From Eledone cirrhosa (Eukaryota), in assembly GCA_964016885.1 (NCBI GenBank), contig CAXHJY010001609.1, positions 124,001 to 188,000 on the forward strand: DNA of 64,000 nt. The letters run 5' to 3'. The position numbers were made by a program, and so were the translations under genes. The notes below the pieces were generated by a model that saw nothing but the letters and a program-made list of their open reading frames with translations, made no database searches and was not told the DNA's origin. Positions 53,122-64,000 of the stretch are shown here, one piece after another. The first letter of the stretch is position 1, and each line of letters starts with the position of its first letter.

Positions 53122-53440
53122 GTCATTTATATATATGTGTGTGTGTTTTGAACAATGAAAATAAAACTAGAGATAAAGATATGTTCTTAATTAGTTCATT
53201 GTTTTACGATCATTTCAGAGATTTGATTGATCATGGTAGATTGATATATTGACAAACAGGTAGTTGTTATGTCACTAACTATTTCTAGTTTCAAAATCCC
53301 TGATCAATCACACCGTATCAATATATTGATTTACCATGATCAATCAACCCTCTGAAATGAATGTAAAACAATGAACCATATCTCAGACTTTTGTTTTATT
53401 TTCAATGTTCAATACCCACAAACACACATATATAATTGAC
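53122..53440. repeat. Degenerate inverted repeat (MITE-like hairpin)
   Basis: GTTCATTGTTTTAC...TTGATTGATCATGGTA pairs with TACCATGATCAATCAA...GTAAAACAATGAAC; partial extra arm at 54050-54125. Confidence 0.65.
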
Positions 53441-53699
53441 AATTTCTTTGGAATAATTGATAAGACTTGTGGCTGGAACAATGTACCAGCCAGACAGAGG
53501 GTGACCTAGTGGTGAAACAACACAGTAGATAGAGCTATTAACCCTGTAGCATTTACATTACTCTATATTTACTATTATATTTTCATGGTAAAGTCTTTAT
53601 CTCACATAATATTGAATCTATGAGACTTTGATATTACTTATTTTGAGGACAATACATTAACATCAATATGAGCAGCGAGTTACAACCGGTTTGAACAGA

Positions 53700-55061
53700 A
53701 AGAAGTGAGAGAATTCTGGCTGGATATGGCCAGTTTAAATGATAAAGGGTTAAAGACAAGTGACAGGCATGGAAAGACTGGAAAAATAGGGGCGTCAGAC
53801 CAGGACCAGGTAGCTAAGAGAGAAGCTAGAAGACAGGTATACATAACACAGAGAGAGGCTGAAAAAGAAAGTTTGCCAACGTATTGAGACATGAGAATCA
53901 GAGGTGTGAAGTGTTCCACATTGCAAGACAGAGAAAGGTGTGTTAGAAATGACATTGGTACACTTTTCACCACTGATGCTCAAAAGAAAGAGGCCTTGAA
54001 ATGTTACTATGAGAGATTGATGAATGCAGAGAATAAATTAAGAAGCAATCTTAGACTTTTGTTTTATGTTCATTGTTCAAGACACACACACATATAATTG
54101 ACATTCTCTTTGGAATTACTGATGAAACTTGTTAGTGACACAACGACAAGAGAGGTTCCTAGCCAAGATTAAGCTGCAATATTTAGCTTTTATAGATCTA
54201 GAAAAGGCCTTTGACAGAGTACCTTATTGTATTATCTGGTGGTCCTTCAGAAAATTAGGTGGAGAATGGCTTTTGAGAGCAGTGCAAGTCATGTACAGAG
54301 GAGCTGTCAGTAAAGCAAGAGTAGGCAGGGGGTTTAGTGAAGAATTCAATGTGCAGGTAGGTGTTCATCATGGTTCAGTTCACAACCCACTGCTGTTCAT
54401 CATAGTTCTCCAGGCCATAACCAATGGGTTTAAGACTGGCTGTTCACGGGAAACAGTCTATGTGAATGATCTGGTCCTTATAGCTGAATCCATAAAAGAA
54501 CTAGAGAATAAGCGACCCTACTGTATATGTAGGAAAGAAGTAGGAATAAACTGTACACAATGATAGCTTCCGCTATCTAGGTAACCTAATTAGCAGTGGA
54601 GGAGGGTGCCTCGTAAGAGAGGATAGGATTGAAGTTTAGAGAGCTACTTACACTGTTGGCAAATAAAGTTTCTCCCTACGTACAAAGATGTTGGCTGTAC
54701 AATGCTTATGTGTAAAGTGCAATACTGCATGGAAGTGAAATATGGGCAGTAACTGCAGAAGACATGCATAAGCTGGAGAGAAATGGAGCAACCATGCTTC
54801 GTTGGGTGTGCAACGTAAATGTGAGAGGAAGGCAGAGCTTGGATAAAATGAGGAAGTAATTGGTAATCATTGGTTAAAGAAGTGCCACGGAAAACCAGAG
54901 GAGGGAAGCCATACTAGAGGGAGACCAGGGTAGATGTGGTGAGAGCTGATCTCAAATTGCTGAGACTCACAGATGACGAAGGAACAAGCGAGTGGGGAGA
55001 TGTGCTTAAAAGGACCCACCAACCCATGCCAGGATTGAAAAATGAACGTAAAACTATGATG
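53700..55061 (+). mobile_element. Old, heavily deleted RTE LINE
   Basis: KREARRQVY, AFIDLEKAFD, GVHHGSV remnants. Confidence 0.8.
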
Positions 55062-55069
55062 GTGTAGAT

Positions 55070-55916
55070 CAAAGGTTCTCAATGGGGGCCATGTGCAACC
55101 AGGGGGGGGGGGATTTTCAGAACTTCAGGGGGGCGTTTGGGAGCAATGTCGCGTTAGGAGCTGGGGGAGGGGGCTAGGGGGCGCTGGGTTTTTCCATTTT
55201 TAGGATCTCAATTACCGGACATGCCTGCACACCTGCGGTCAGACTATAGTTATGTTGTCTGCAGATGTGAGCAGCTGTGCAGGCATGTCCGGTAATTGAG
55301 ACGTTAACCGGTAATTGAGATACTAAAAATGGAAAAACCCACAGTCACCTGGGTCAAAGACACTTTGAGCGCAGACAGTTAGAATCTTGTCTGAAATTAT
55401 TGACTCAACCGTAACGCGTTAACACTATGTAGATCTATTTTATTCCCTATTGTATAAATAATATTACAAATAGAAAAAAAGAAAAGAAAAAAACAGAAGC
55501 GAGTAGAACACACATCTAGGACCACATACAACACATAATCAGATAATACACACATCTAGGACCACATACAACACATACACATATAATACACACATCTAGG
55601 ACCACATACAACACATAATCAGATAATACACACATTTAGGACCACATACAACACATAATCAGATAATACACACATCTAGGACCACATACAACACATAATC
55701 AGATAATACACACATCTAGGACCACATACAACACATAATCAGATAATACACACGTGTTTGGAATATTGTTAATCAATTTTTTAGTAAACTACTGATAAAA
55801 AAATCAGTAGTATATTGAAAAATTGAAAAAATAGGGTGGCGGAGGGGGGGGGGGGGGGGTTCATGAATTCGAGGGACAAAAGGGGGCATTTGGCCTAAAT
55901 GGGTTGAGAACCTGTG
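55070..55916. mobile_element. Non-autonomous hAT (Charlie-like) element
   Basis: TIRs CAAAGGTTCTCAA / TTGAGAACCTGTG; 8-bp TSD GTGTAGAT / GTGGAGAT; internal hairpin 55186-55340 and 40-bp tandem repeat 55507-55753. Confidence 0.82.
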
Positions 55917-56171
55917 GTGGAGATAAAGTAAATTAAATCAACATAGATTTAGACTAAAACGAACAAAACTTCCCTGAAACAACAACAAGGTACAGCTAAA
56001 TATAAAATATATTTTATAATGTAAGGTAGTGAACCACATAATTAAATAGACGGAGGTAATTTAAATAATAAAGACAGTCATGATAACAATATATTTTATA
56101 TCACATGTAACAGTGGAATCTGGTTAATTACTGTATCGTTGTAGGGGTCACATAATTATATTATTTACACA

Positions 56172-56845
56172 CATTAATATAGACATTAAGTAAATCTTTG
56201 TCAACTTACCTCCTTCACATATAATCAATGTGTTGTGTTGTTAGTTGTTACTAAACAACCAAAGAAATAATCTCTTTGTTATCAAATTAGAAGTTTCAAT
56301 GTTATCAACTTTATTTCACGACATTAACGTTGGTGTAACTTCTTCATCTTTAGTCATAAATTGATATCTTGTCAGAATGAAGTAGTGAGGCTGACTTTAT
56401 GTCTTTAGCTACAGATTTAACAGGACATATATATATATTAGGTTGATATGTGGTCTAAAATATATATATTGTCTATAAATGACTGATAGCAGATGTTCTG
56501 GTGAAATAGTAGTTTTACTACTACAGATTGTAATGGAACTCTTAGTAGACACAATTGTAAAGTAAGAATAGATATGACAGTGTAAGACTGATGTCCGGGA
56601 ATTAAAATTGTGTATATATATATATATATAATTGTTACACAAGATATAATTAGATTAATTAAAGTTATAGTAAACAGCAAGTACACGGTGTCGTTGGAAA
56701 TGATTTAACTCCCTTACCGGTGTCATACGTTAACAGTCCCTGATATAATTTAATGTATTCAGACACACTTCCAATCGTATTTAATTAATTCATTGTATGT
56801 CAGAAAGTATAACTCAGTAAAATATCAATTATACATCAATAAGAA
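56172..56845 (-). other. Duplicated module; candidate promoter / non-coding first exon of the downstream ZNF gene
   Basis: Homologous to 30590-31142, 8526-8685 and 14500-14570; minus-strand donor GGAG/GTAAGT at 56210/56209. Confidence 0.45.
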
Positions 56846-57010
56846 AACCTCTACGTAGTCTCTCTACCTGCTAGAAATAGCTGTGATATTATCCATTACA
56901 ACTTAGTTTTTTGTTTAAAATCTCGAAAGTTTAGTTATACAATCAACAGTAAATCTTTTGTACAGACTTCGGAATAAACTGGAAGACCGTCAGAGTATCA
57001 TTCTCCCTGT

Positions 57011-57063
<53 letters not shown>

Positions 57064-57239
57064 TTAGGTTTGTTGGCTCACCACTGGATAGAACTGGTCA
57101 TTCCGTATAGTCAACCTTGATGTAATATTAGGGAGAGCACTCGACGTAATCCTATATTTCAGGTTATTGTTATCATGACTGTCTTTATTATTTGGTCTGA
57201 GAGTCGGCCCTTGTGGCCAATAAATGGAATCATTATTTG

Positions 57240-57388
57240 GTCTGAGTTCAAATCCTGCCGAGGTTAACTTTGCCTTTCATCCTTACGCGGTCGATAAAAT
57301 AAAGTACCAGTCACGCACTGAGGTCGATTTAATCGACTTTCCCCTCCCTCTAAATTGCAGGCCTTGTGCCTAAATAAGAAACCATTAT
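57240..57388 (+). mobile_element. SINE family A, 5'-truncated
   Basis: GAGTTCAAATCC...TTTCATCCTTACGCGGTCGATAAAATAAAGTACCAG. Confidence 0.75.
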
Positions 57389-57680
57389 AACTTTAATTAA
57401 TCTAATTATATCTCTTGTGTAACAATTATATATATATATATATATATTTATTAAAATAACAAATTAAAGTTTAAGCAAAGAATCGCTGCTTTCACCCTTA
57501 ACGGGATCTTCTGAAACTAACAGAGTCAATCTGTAAACGCAGAACTGGATATTTCAAAAAAGGTTGCAACCGGAGGAAGACAGGAAGACGATACACACAA
57601 TTTTCTCTCCCCGACATCAGTCTTACACTGTCATATCTATTCTTACTTTACAAATGTGTCTACTAAGAGTTCCATTACAA

Positions 57681-59352
57681 GGACTCCAATCGAGCCAGTG
57701 ACTGGGAGCGGTTGTTCTATTTCGCCCCATTCGCCCACGGCCTCCCCAGCTCTGGCGCTGACCGGATAACAGCAGCCTTCGTCAAGGGCAATGTCTCGTC
57801 ATTTGGGCGAGCGCCTATTCCAAGCGTGCCCAGGGACGCCACACACCCCAACCTCAGCTACCCCCTCTCCTCCACCCCCGAGGCCAGCGCCAAGCGTTTG
57901 CGTGACCAAGTAAACGCAAAGCTTATCATGGGTGATGTCTCAGAGTTGTTGCCTCAGAGGGCACTGTCCTCGAACCCACCGAGGAAGTCCTGGTTGCTCT
58001 GCGGCTCAAACACCCTGAGCCACCCACTGATCTCAGACCCATACTCCCACCCGACCCCCACTTGCTCCTTGTGGCTACTGATGCAGATATCATGCCCGCC
58101 ATCAGGTCCTTCCCAGCTAGCAGCTGCGGAGGTGTTGATGGTCTCCGACCAGGCCACCTCAGGGAGTTGAAATCCCCCCTCTCTGCTGAGGCCGGGCGCC
58201 GCCTTGTGAATGCAATTGTGACGCTCACCAATAGGCTCATTCATGGTGCTCTCGACCCTTACACCCGAGGCCTTTTTTTTCAGCAAGACTCACCGCTCTC
58301 AGGAAGAAAGAGAGTGGCATACGCCCCATTGCTGTGGGCAATGTCTTCCGGAGGCTGGCTGCCAAGGTGATCTGCAAGTCCGTCACACTCGAACTGGGTG
58401 AGGAGTTTATTCAGGTGCAACTGGGTGTCGGCGTGTCCGGTGGCTGCGAGGGAGACTCTCATGCAATCAGGCAGTTCTTCAGCAGCTGCCCATCGGTACC
58501 GACATCCAGGGACTCCAGGCACCTCATTGTCAGGCTTGACATGAGGAATGCCTTCAACTCTTTACGCTGGGATCATCTGCTGGAGGCCTGCCTCAGCCGA
58601 GCACCCTCTGTCTAGCCGCTGGCCTACCTGTCAATAGAGCCCCGAGCATGCTCCTAGCTGCTGATACGGTCATACTCTCGGCTACTGGGGGTCCAACAGG
58701 GCGACCCTTTGGGACCCCTCCTGTTCGCCCTTGGTGTTGACCACATCGCCCGGAGTATCACGGCCCCTCTCAACGTTTGGTATCTGGATGATGCTACGTT
58801 GGGCGGGCCCGTACGGACGGTCTGCCAAGACCTTCAATTGGTGATTCCTGCCCTGGCGGGAATCGGCCTCCAGGTCAACTCGGCTAAGTCGGAGGTGGTG
58901 AACGTCAGCCTCGATGCTGGGAGCTTTGCAGCCTCCGTCTTGGACATGCGGTCCATTCTACCCCAGGTTCAGGTGACCCCCCCAAAGAGGATGTCTTCAT
59001 CCTCGGGTCACTGATCCACCCGCCGGCCATCCGCTGCACCATCAGGTCCAGGCTTCAAAAGTTCCAGACTCTCACGAGCCGACTGGGCTTGATTGACGGC
59101 CACCCAGCTCTCTTTCTGCTGAGGAACTGTTTCGCCATGCCGAAGCCCCTCTATACACTCCGCAGCACTCACTGATACACCCAGGCATCTCTCCTCGTTG
59201 ACCTCGATACTTGTATCCGAGCAGCAGCCGAGGGGATATGCACCGTCAAGTTTGACGACATAGGGTAGCAACAGGCCGCTTTACCGGTCAGGTATGGCGG
59301 CCTTCACCTCCAGTCCCCGATCTCACTAGCTTTGCCGGCGTATCTTTCGTCG
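57681..59352 (+). mobile_element. CRE-clade-like non-LTR retrotransposon RT relic, truncated at both ends
   Basis: GGVDGLRPGHL, IRPIAVGNVFRRLAAK, QLGVGVSGGCE, LDMRNAFNS, QQGDPLGPLLF, WYLDD, LPVRYGGL; GC-rich; frameshifts and stops. Confidence 0.85.
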
Positions 59353-62300
59353 TGTACATTGTGTACATTGTGTACATTGTATAGAGTTTATACCTACATT
59401 GTGTACATTGTATAGAGTTTATACCTACATTGTGTACATTGTATAGAGTTTATACCTACATTGTGTACATTGTATAGAGTTTATACCTACATTGTGTACA
59501 TTGTATAGAGTTTATGTCTACATTGTGTACATTGTATAGAGTTTATACCTACATTGTGTACATTGTATAGAGGTTATGTCTACAGTGTGTACATTGTATA
59601 GAGTTTATACCTACATTGTGTACGTTGTATAGAGTTTATACCTACATTGTGTACATTGTATAGAGTTTATGTCTACATTTTGTACATTGTATAGAGTTTA
59701 TACCTACATTGTGTACATTGTATAGAGTTTATACCTACATTGTGGACATTGTATAGAGTTTATGTCTACATTGTGTACATTGTATAGAGTTTATGTCTAC
59801 ATTGTGTACATTGTATATAGTTTATGTCTACATCGTGTACATTGTATAGAGTTTATACCTACATTGTGTACATTGTATAGAGTTTATACTTACATTGTGT
59901 ACATTGTATAGAGTTTATGTCTACATTGTGTACATTGTATAGAGTTTATACCTACATTGTGTACATTTTATAGAGGTTATGCCTACATTGTGTACATTGT
60001 ATAGAGGTTATGTCTACATTGTGTACATTGTATAGAGTTTATGTCTACATTGTGTACATTGTATAGAGGTTATGCCTACATTGTGTACATTGTATAGAGT
60101 TTATACCTACATTGTGTACATTGTATAGAGTTTATACCTACATTGTGTACATTGTATAGAGTTTATGTCTACATTGTGTACATTGTATAGAGTTTATACC
60201 TACATTGTGGACATTGTATAGAGTTTATGTCTACATTGTGTACGTTGTATAGAGTTTATACCTACATTGGGTACATTGTATAGAGTTTATACCTACATTG
60301 TGTACATTGTATAGAGGTTATGCCTACATTGTGTACATTGTATAGAGTTTATACCTACATTGTGTACATTGTATAGAGTTTATACTTACATTGTGTACAT
60401 TGTATAGAGTTTATACCTACATTGTATACATTGTATAGAGTTTGTGTCTACATTGTGTACATTGTATAGAGTTTATGTCTACATTGTGTACATTGTATAG
60501 AGTTTATGTCTACATTGTGTACATTGTATAGAGTTTGTGTCTACATTGTGTACATTGTATAGAGTGTATACCTACATTGTGTACATTGTGTAGAGCTTAT
60601 GTCTACATTGTGTACATTGTATAGAGTTTATGTCTATATTGTGTACATTGTATAGAGGTTATACCTACATTGTGTACATTGTATAGACGTTATACCTACA
60701 TTGTGTACATTGTATAGAGTTTATGTCTACATTGTGTACATTGTATAGAGTTTATACCTACATTGTGTACATTGTATAGAGTTTATACCTACATTGTGTA
60801 CATTGTATAGAGTTTATGTCTACATTGTGTACATTGTATAGAGTTTGTGTCTACATTGTGTACATTGTATAGAGTGTATACCTACATTGTGTACATTGTA
60901 TAGAGTTTATGTCTACATTGTGTACATTGTATAGAGTTTATGTCTACATTGTGTACATTGTATAGAGTTTATACCTACATTGTGAACATTGTATAGAGTT
61001 TATACCTACATTGTGTACATTGTATAGAGTTTATACTTACATTGTGTACATTGTATAGAGTTTATACCTACATTGTATACATTGTATAGAGTTTGTGTCT
61101 ACATTGTGTACATTGTATAGAGTTTATGTCTACATTGTGTACATTGTATAGAGTTTATGTCTACATTGTGTACATTGTATAGAGTTTGTGTCTACATTGT
61201 GTACATTGTATAGAGTGTATACCTACATTGTGTACATTGTATAGAGTTTATGTCTATATTGTGTACATTGTATAGAGGTTATACCTACATTGTGTACATT
61301 GTATAGAGTTTATACCTACATTGTGTACATTGTATAGAGTTTATACCTACATTGTGTGCATTGTATAGAGTTTATGTCTACATTGTGTACATTGTATAGA
61401 GTTTATACCTACATTGTGTACATTGTATAGAGTTTATACCTACATTGTGTACATTGTATAGAGTTTATGTCTACATTGTGTACATTGTATAGAGTTTATA
61501 CCTACATTGTGTACATTGTATAGAGTTTATACCTACATTGTGTACATTGTATAGAGTTTATGTCTACATTGTGTACATTGTATAGAGTTTATGTCTACAT
61601 TGTGTACATTGTATACATTGTATGTCTACATTGTGTACATTGTATACATTGTATAGAGTTTATGTCTACATTGTGTACATTGTATAGAGTTTATACCTAC
61701 ATTGTGTAGAGTTTATACCTACATTGTGTACATTGTATAGAGGTTATGTCTACATTGTGTACATTGTATAGAGTTTATACCTACATTGTGTACATTGTAT
61801 AGAGTTTATACCTACATTGTGTACATTGTATAGAGTTTATACCTACATTGTGTACATTGTATAGAGTTTGTCTATATTGTGTACATTGTATAGAGTTTAT
61901 ACCTACATTGTGTACATTGTATAGAGGTTATGTCTACAGTGTGTACATTGTATAGAGTTTATACCTACATTGTGTACATTGTATAGAGTTTATGTCTACA
62001 TTTTGTACATTGTATAGAGTTTATACCTACATTGTGTACATTGTATAGAGTTTATACCTACATTGTGGACATTGTATAGAGTTTATGTCTACATTGTGTA
62101 CATTGTATAGAGTTTATGTCTACATTGTATATAGTTTATGTCTACATCGTGTACATTGTATAGAGTTTATACCTACATTGTGTACATTGTATAGAGTTTA
62201 TACTTACATTGTGTACATTGTATAGAGTTTATGTCTACATTGTGTACATTGTATAGAGTTTATACCTACATTGTGTACATTTTATAGAGGTTATGTCTAT

Positions 62301-64000
62301 ATTGTGTACATTGTATAGAGTTTATACCTACATTTTGTACATTGTATAGAGTTTATACCTACATTGTGTACATTGTGTAGAGCTTATGTCTACATTGTGT
62401 ACATTGTATAGAGTTTATGTCTATATTGTGTACATTGTATAGAGTTTATACCTACATTGTGTACATTGTATAGAGTTTATACCTACATTGTGTACATTGT
62501 ATAGAGTTTATGTCTACATTGTGTACATTGTATAGAGTTTATACCTACATTGTGTACATTGTATAGAGTTTATACCTACATTGTGTACATTGTATAGAGT
62601 TTATGTCTACATTGTGTACATTGTATAGAGTTTATACCTACATTGTGTACATTGTATAGAGTTTATACCTACATTGTGTACATTGTATAGAGTTTATGTC
62701 TACATTGTGTACATTGTATAGATTTTATAACTACATTGTGTACATTGTATAGAGTTTATACCTACATTGTGTACATTGTATAGAGGTTATGTCTACATTG
62801 TGTACATTGTATAGAGATTATACCTACATTGTGTACATTGTATATAGTTTATACCTACATTGTGTACATTGTATAGAGTTTTTGTCTACATTGTGTACAT
62901 TGTATAGAGTTTATACCTACATTGTGTACATTGTATAGAGTTTATGTCTACATTTTGTACATTGTATACATTGTATAGAGTTTATGTCTACATTGTGTAC
63001 ATTGTATAGAGTTTATACCTACATTGTGTAGAGTTTATACCTACATTGTGTACATTGTGTAGAGTTTATACCTACATTGTGTACATTGTATAGAGGTTAT
63101 GTCTACATTGTGTACATTGTATAGAGTTTATACCTACATTGTGTACATTGTATAGAGTTTATACCTACATTGTGTACATTGTATAGAGTTTATACCTACA
63201 TTGTGTACATTTTATAGAGTTTATACCTACATTGTGTACATTGTATAGAGTTTATACCTACATTGTGTACATTGTATAGAGTTTATACCTACATTGTGTA
63301 CATTGTATAGAGTTTATGTCTACATTGTGTACATTGTATAGAGTTTATACCTACATTGTGTACATTGTATAGAGGTTATGTCTACAGTGTGTACATTGTA
63401 TAGAGTTTATACCTACATTGTGTACGTTGTATAGAGTTTATACCTACATTGTGTACATTGTATAGAGTTTATGTCTACATTTTGTACATTGTATAGAGTT
63501 TATACCTACATTGTGTACATTGTATAGAGTTTATACCTACATTGTGGACATTGTATAGAGTTTATGTCTACATTGTGTACATTGTATAGAGTTTATGTCT
63601 ACATTGTGTACATTGTATATAGTTTATGTCTACATCGTGTACATTGTATAGAGTTTATACCTACATTGTGTACATTGTATAGAGTTTATACTTACATTGT
63701 GTACATTGTATAGAGTTTATGTCTACATTGTATATAGTTTATGTCTACATCGTGTACATTGTATAGAGTTTATACCTACATTGTGTACATTGTATAGAGT
63801 TTATACTTACATTGTGTACATTGTATAGAGTTTATGTCTACATTGTGTACATTGTATAGAGTTTATACCTACATTGTGTACATTTTATAGAGGTTATGTC
63901 TATATTGTGTACATTGTATAGAGGTTATACCTACATTGTGTACATTGTATAGACGTTATACCTACATTGTGTACATTGTATAGAGTTTATACCTACATTG
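59353..64000. repeat. 31-bp satellite (TACATTGTGTACATTGTATAGAGTTTAT[AC/GT]C), ~150 copies, runs off the window
   Basis: Period 31 (59384 to 59415); built from 9-bp sub-repeats. Confidence 0.97.

Noticed and set aside
59353-64000. Telomere
   Set aside because: No TTAGGG-type repeat; it is a 31-bp satellite of unknown chromosomal position

Overview
Eukaryotic, AT-rich, repeat-dense genomic DNA that looks like a coleoid cephalopod (Octopus-like). This is inferred from the tandem C2H2 zinc-finger genes, the abundant RTE-clade LINEs with (ATG)n/(CAT)n tails and the tRNA-derived SINEs. Host coding content is two minus-strand poly-C2H2 ZNF ORFs (12 and 15 fingers) plus decayed ZNF relics, and three plus-strand exons (21352-21494, 22973-23044, 25474-25715) that splice in phase into a RING-HC + Death-domain protein C-terminus, which the ORF track does not assemble. 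The rest is mostly degenerate RTE LINEs, SINEs, a maT (DD37D) relic, a hAT MITE, a 5'-truncated Penelope-like element (GIY-YIG), a CRE-like RT relic and a 31-bp satellite filling the last 4.6 kb. The most striking observation is a set of type-I hammerhead ribozyme motifs. Three lie in a ~594-bp tandem array at 3274-5108, with an unusual U3:A8 core (UUGAUAA), a long stem II insert and a palindromic loop III; this looks like a retrozyme/pLTR array. One canonical minimal motif is at 5352-5396 (-) and one lies in the Penelope element at 49896-49940 (-). Also notable: a ~610-bp palindrome carrying two outward-facing histone-type 3' stem-loops with no histone gene, and a shared non-coding module upstream of each ZNF locus. 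All calls were made by eye and none was confirmed by search.
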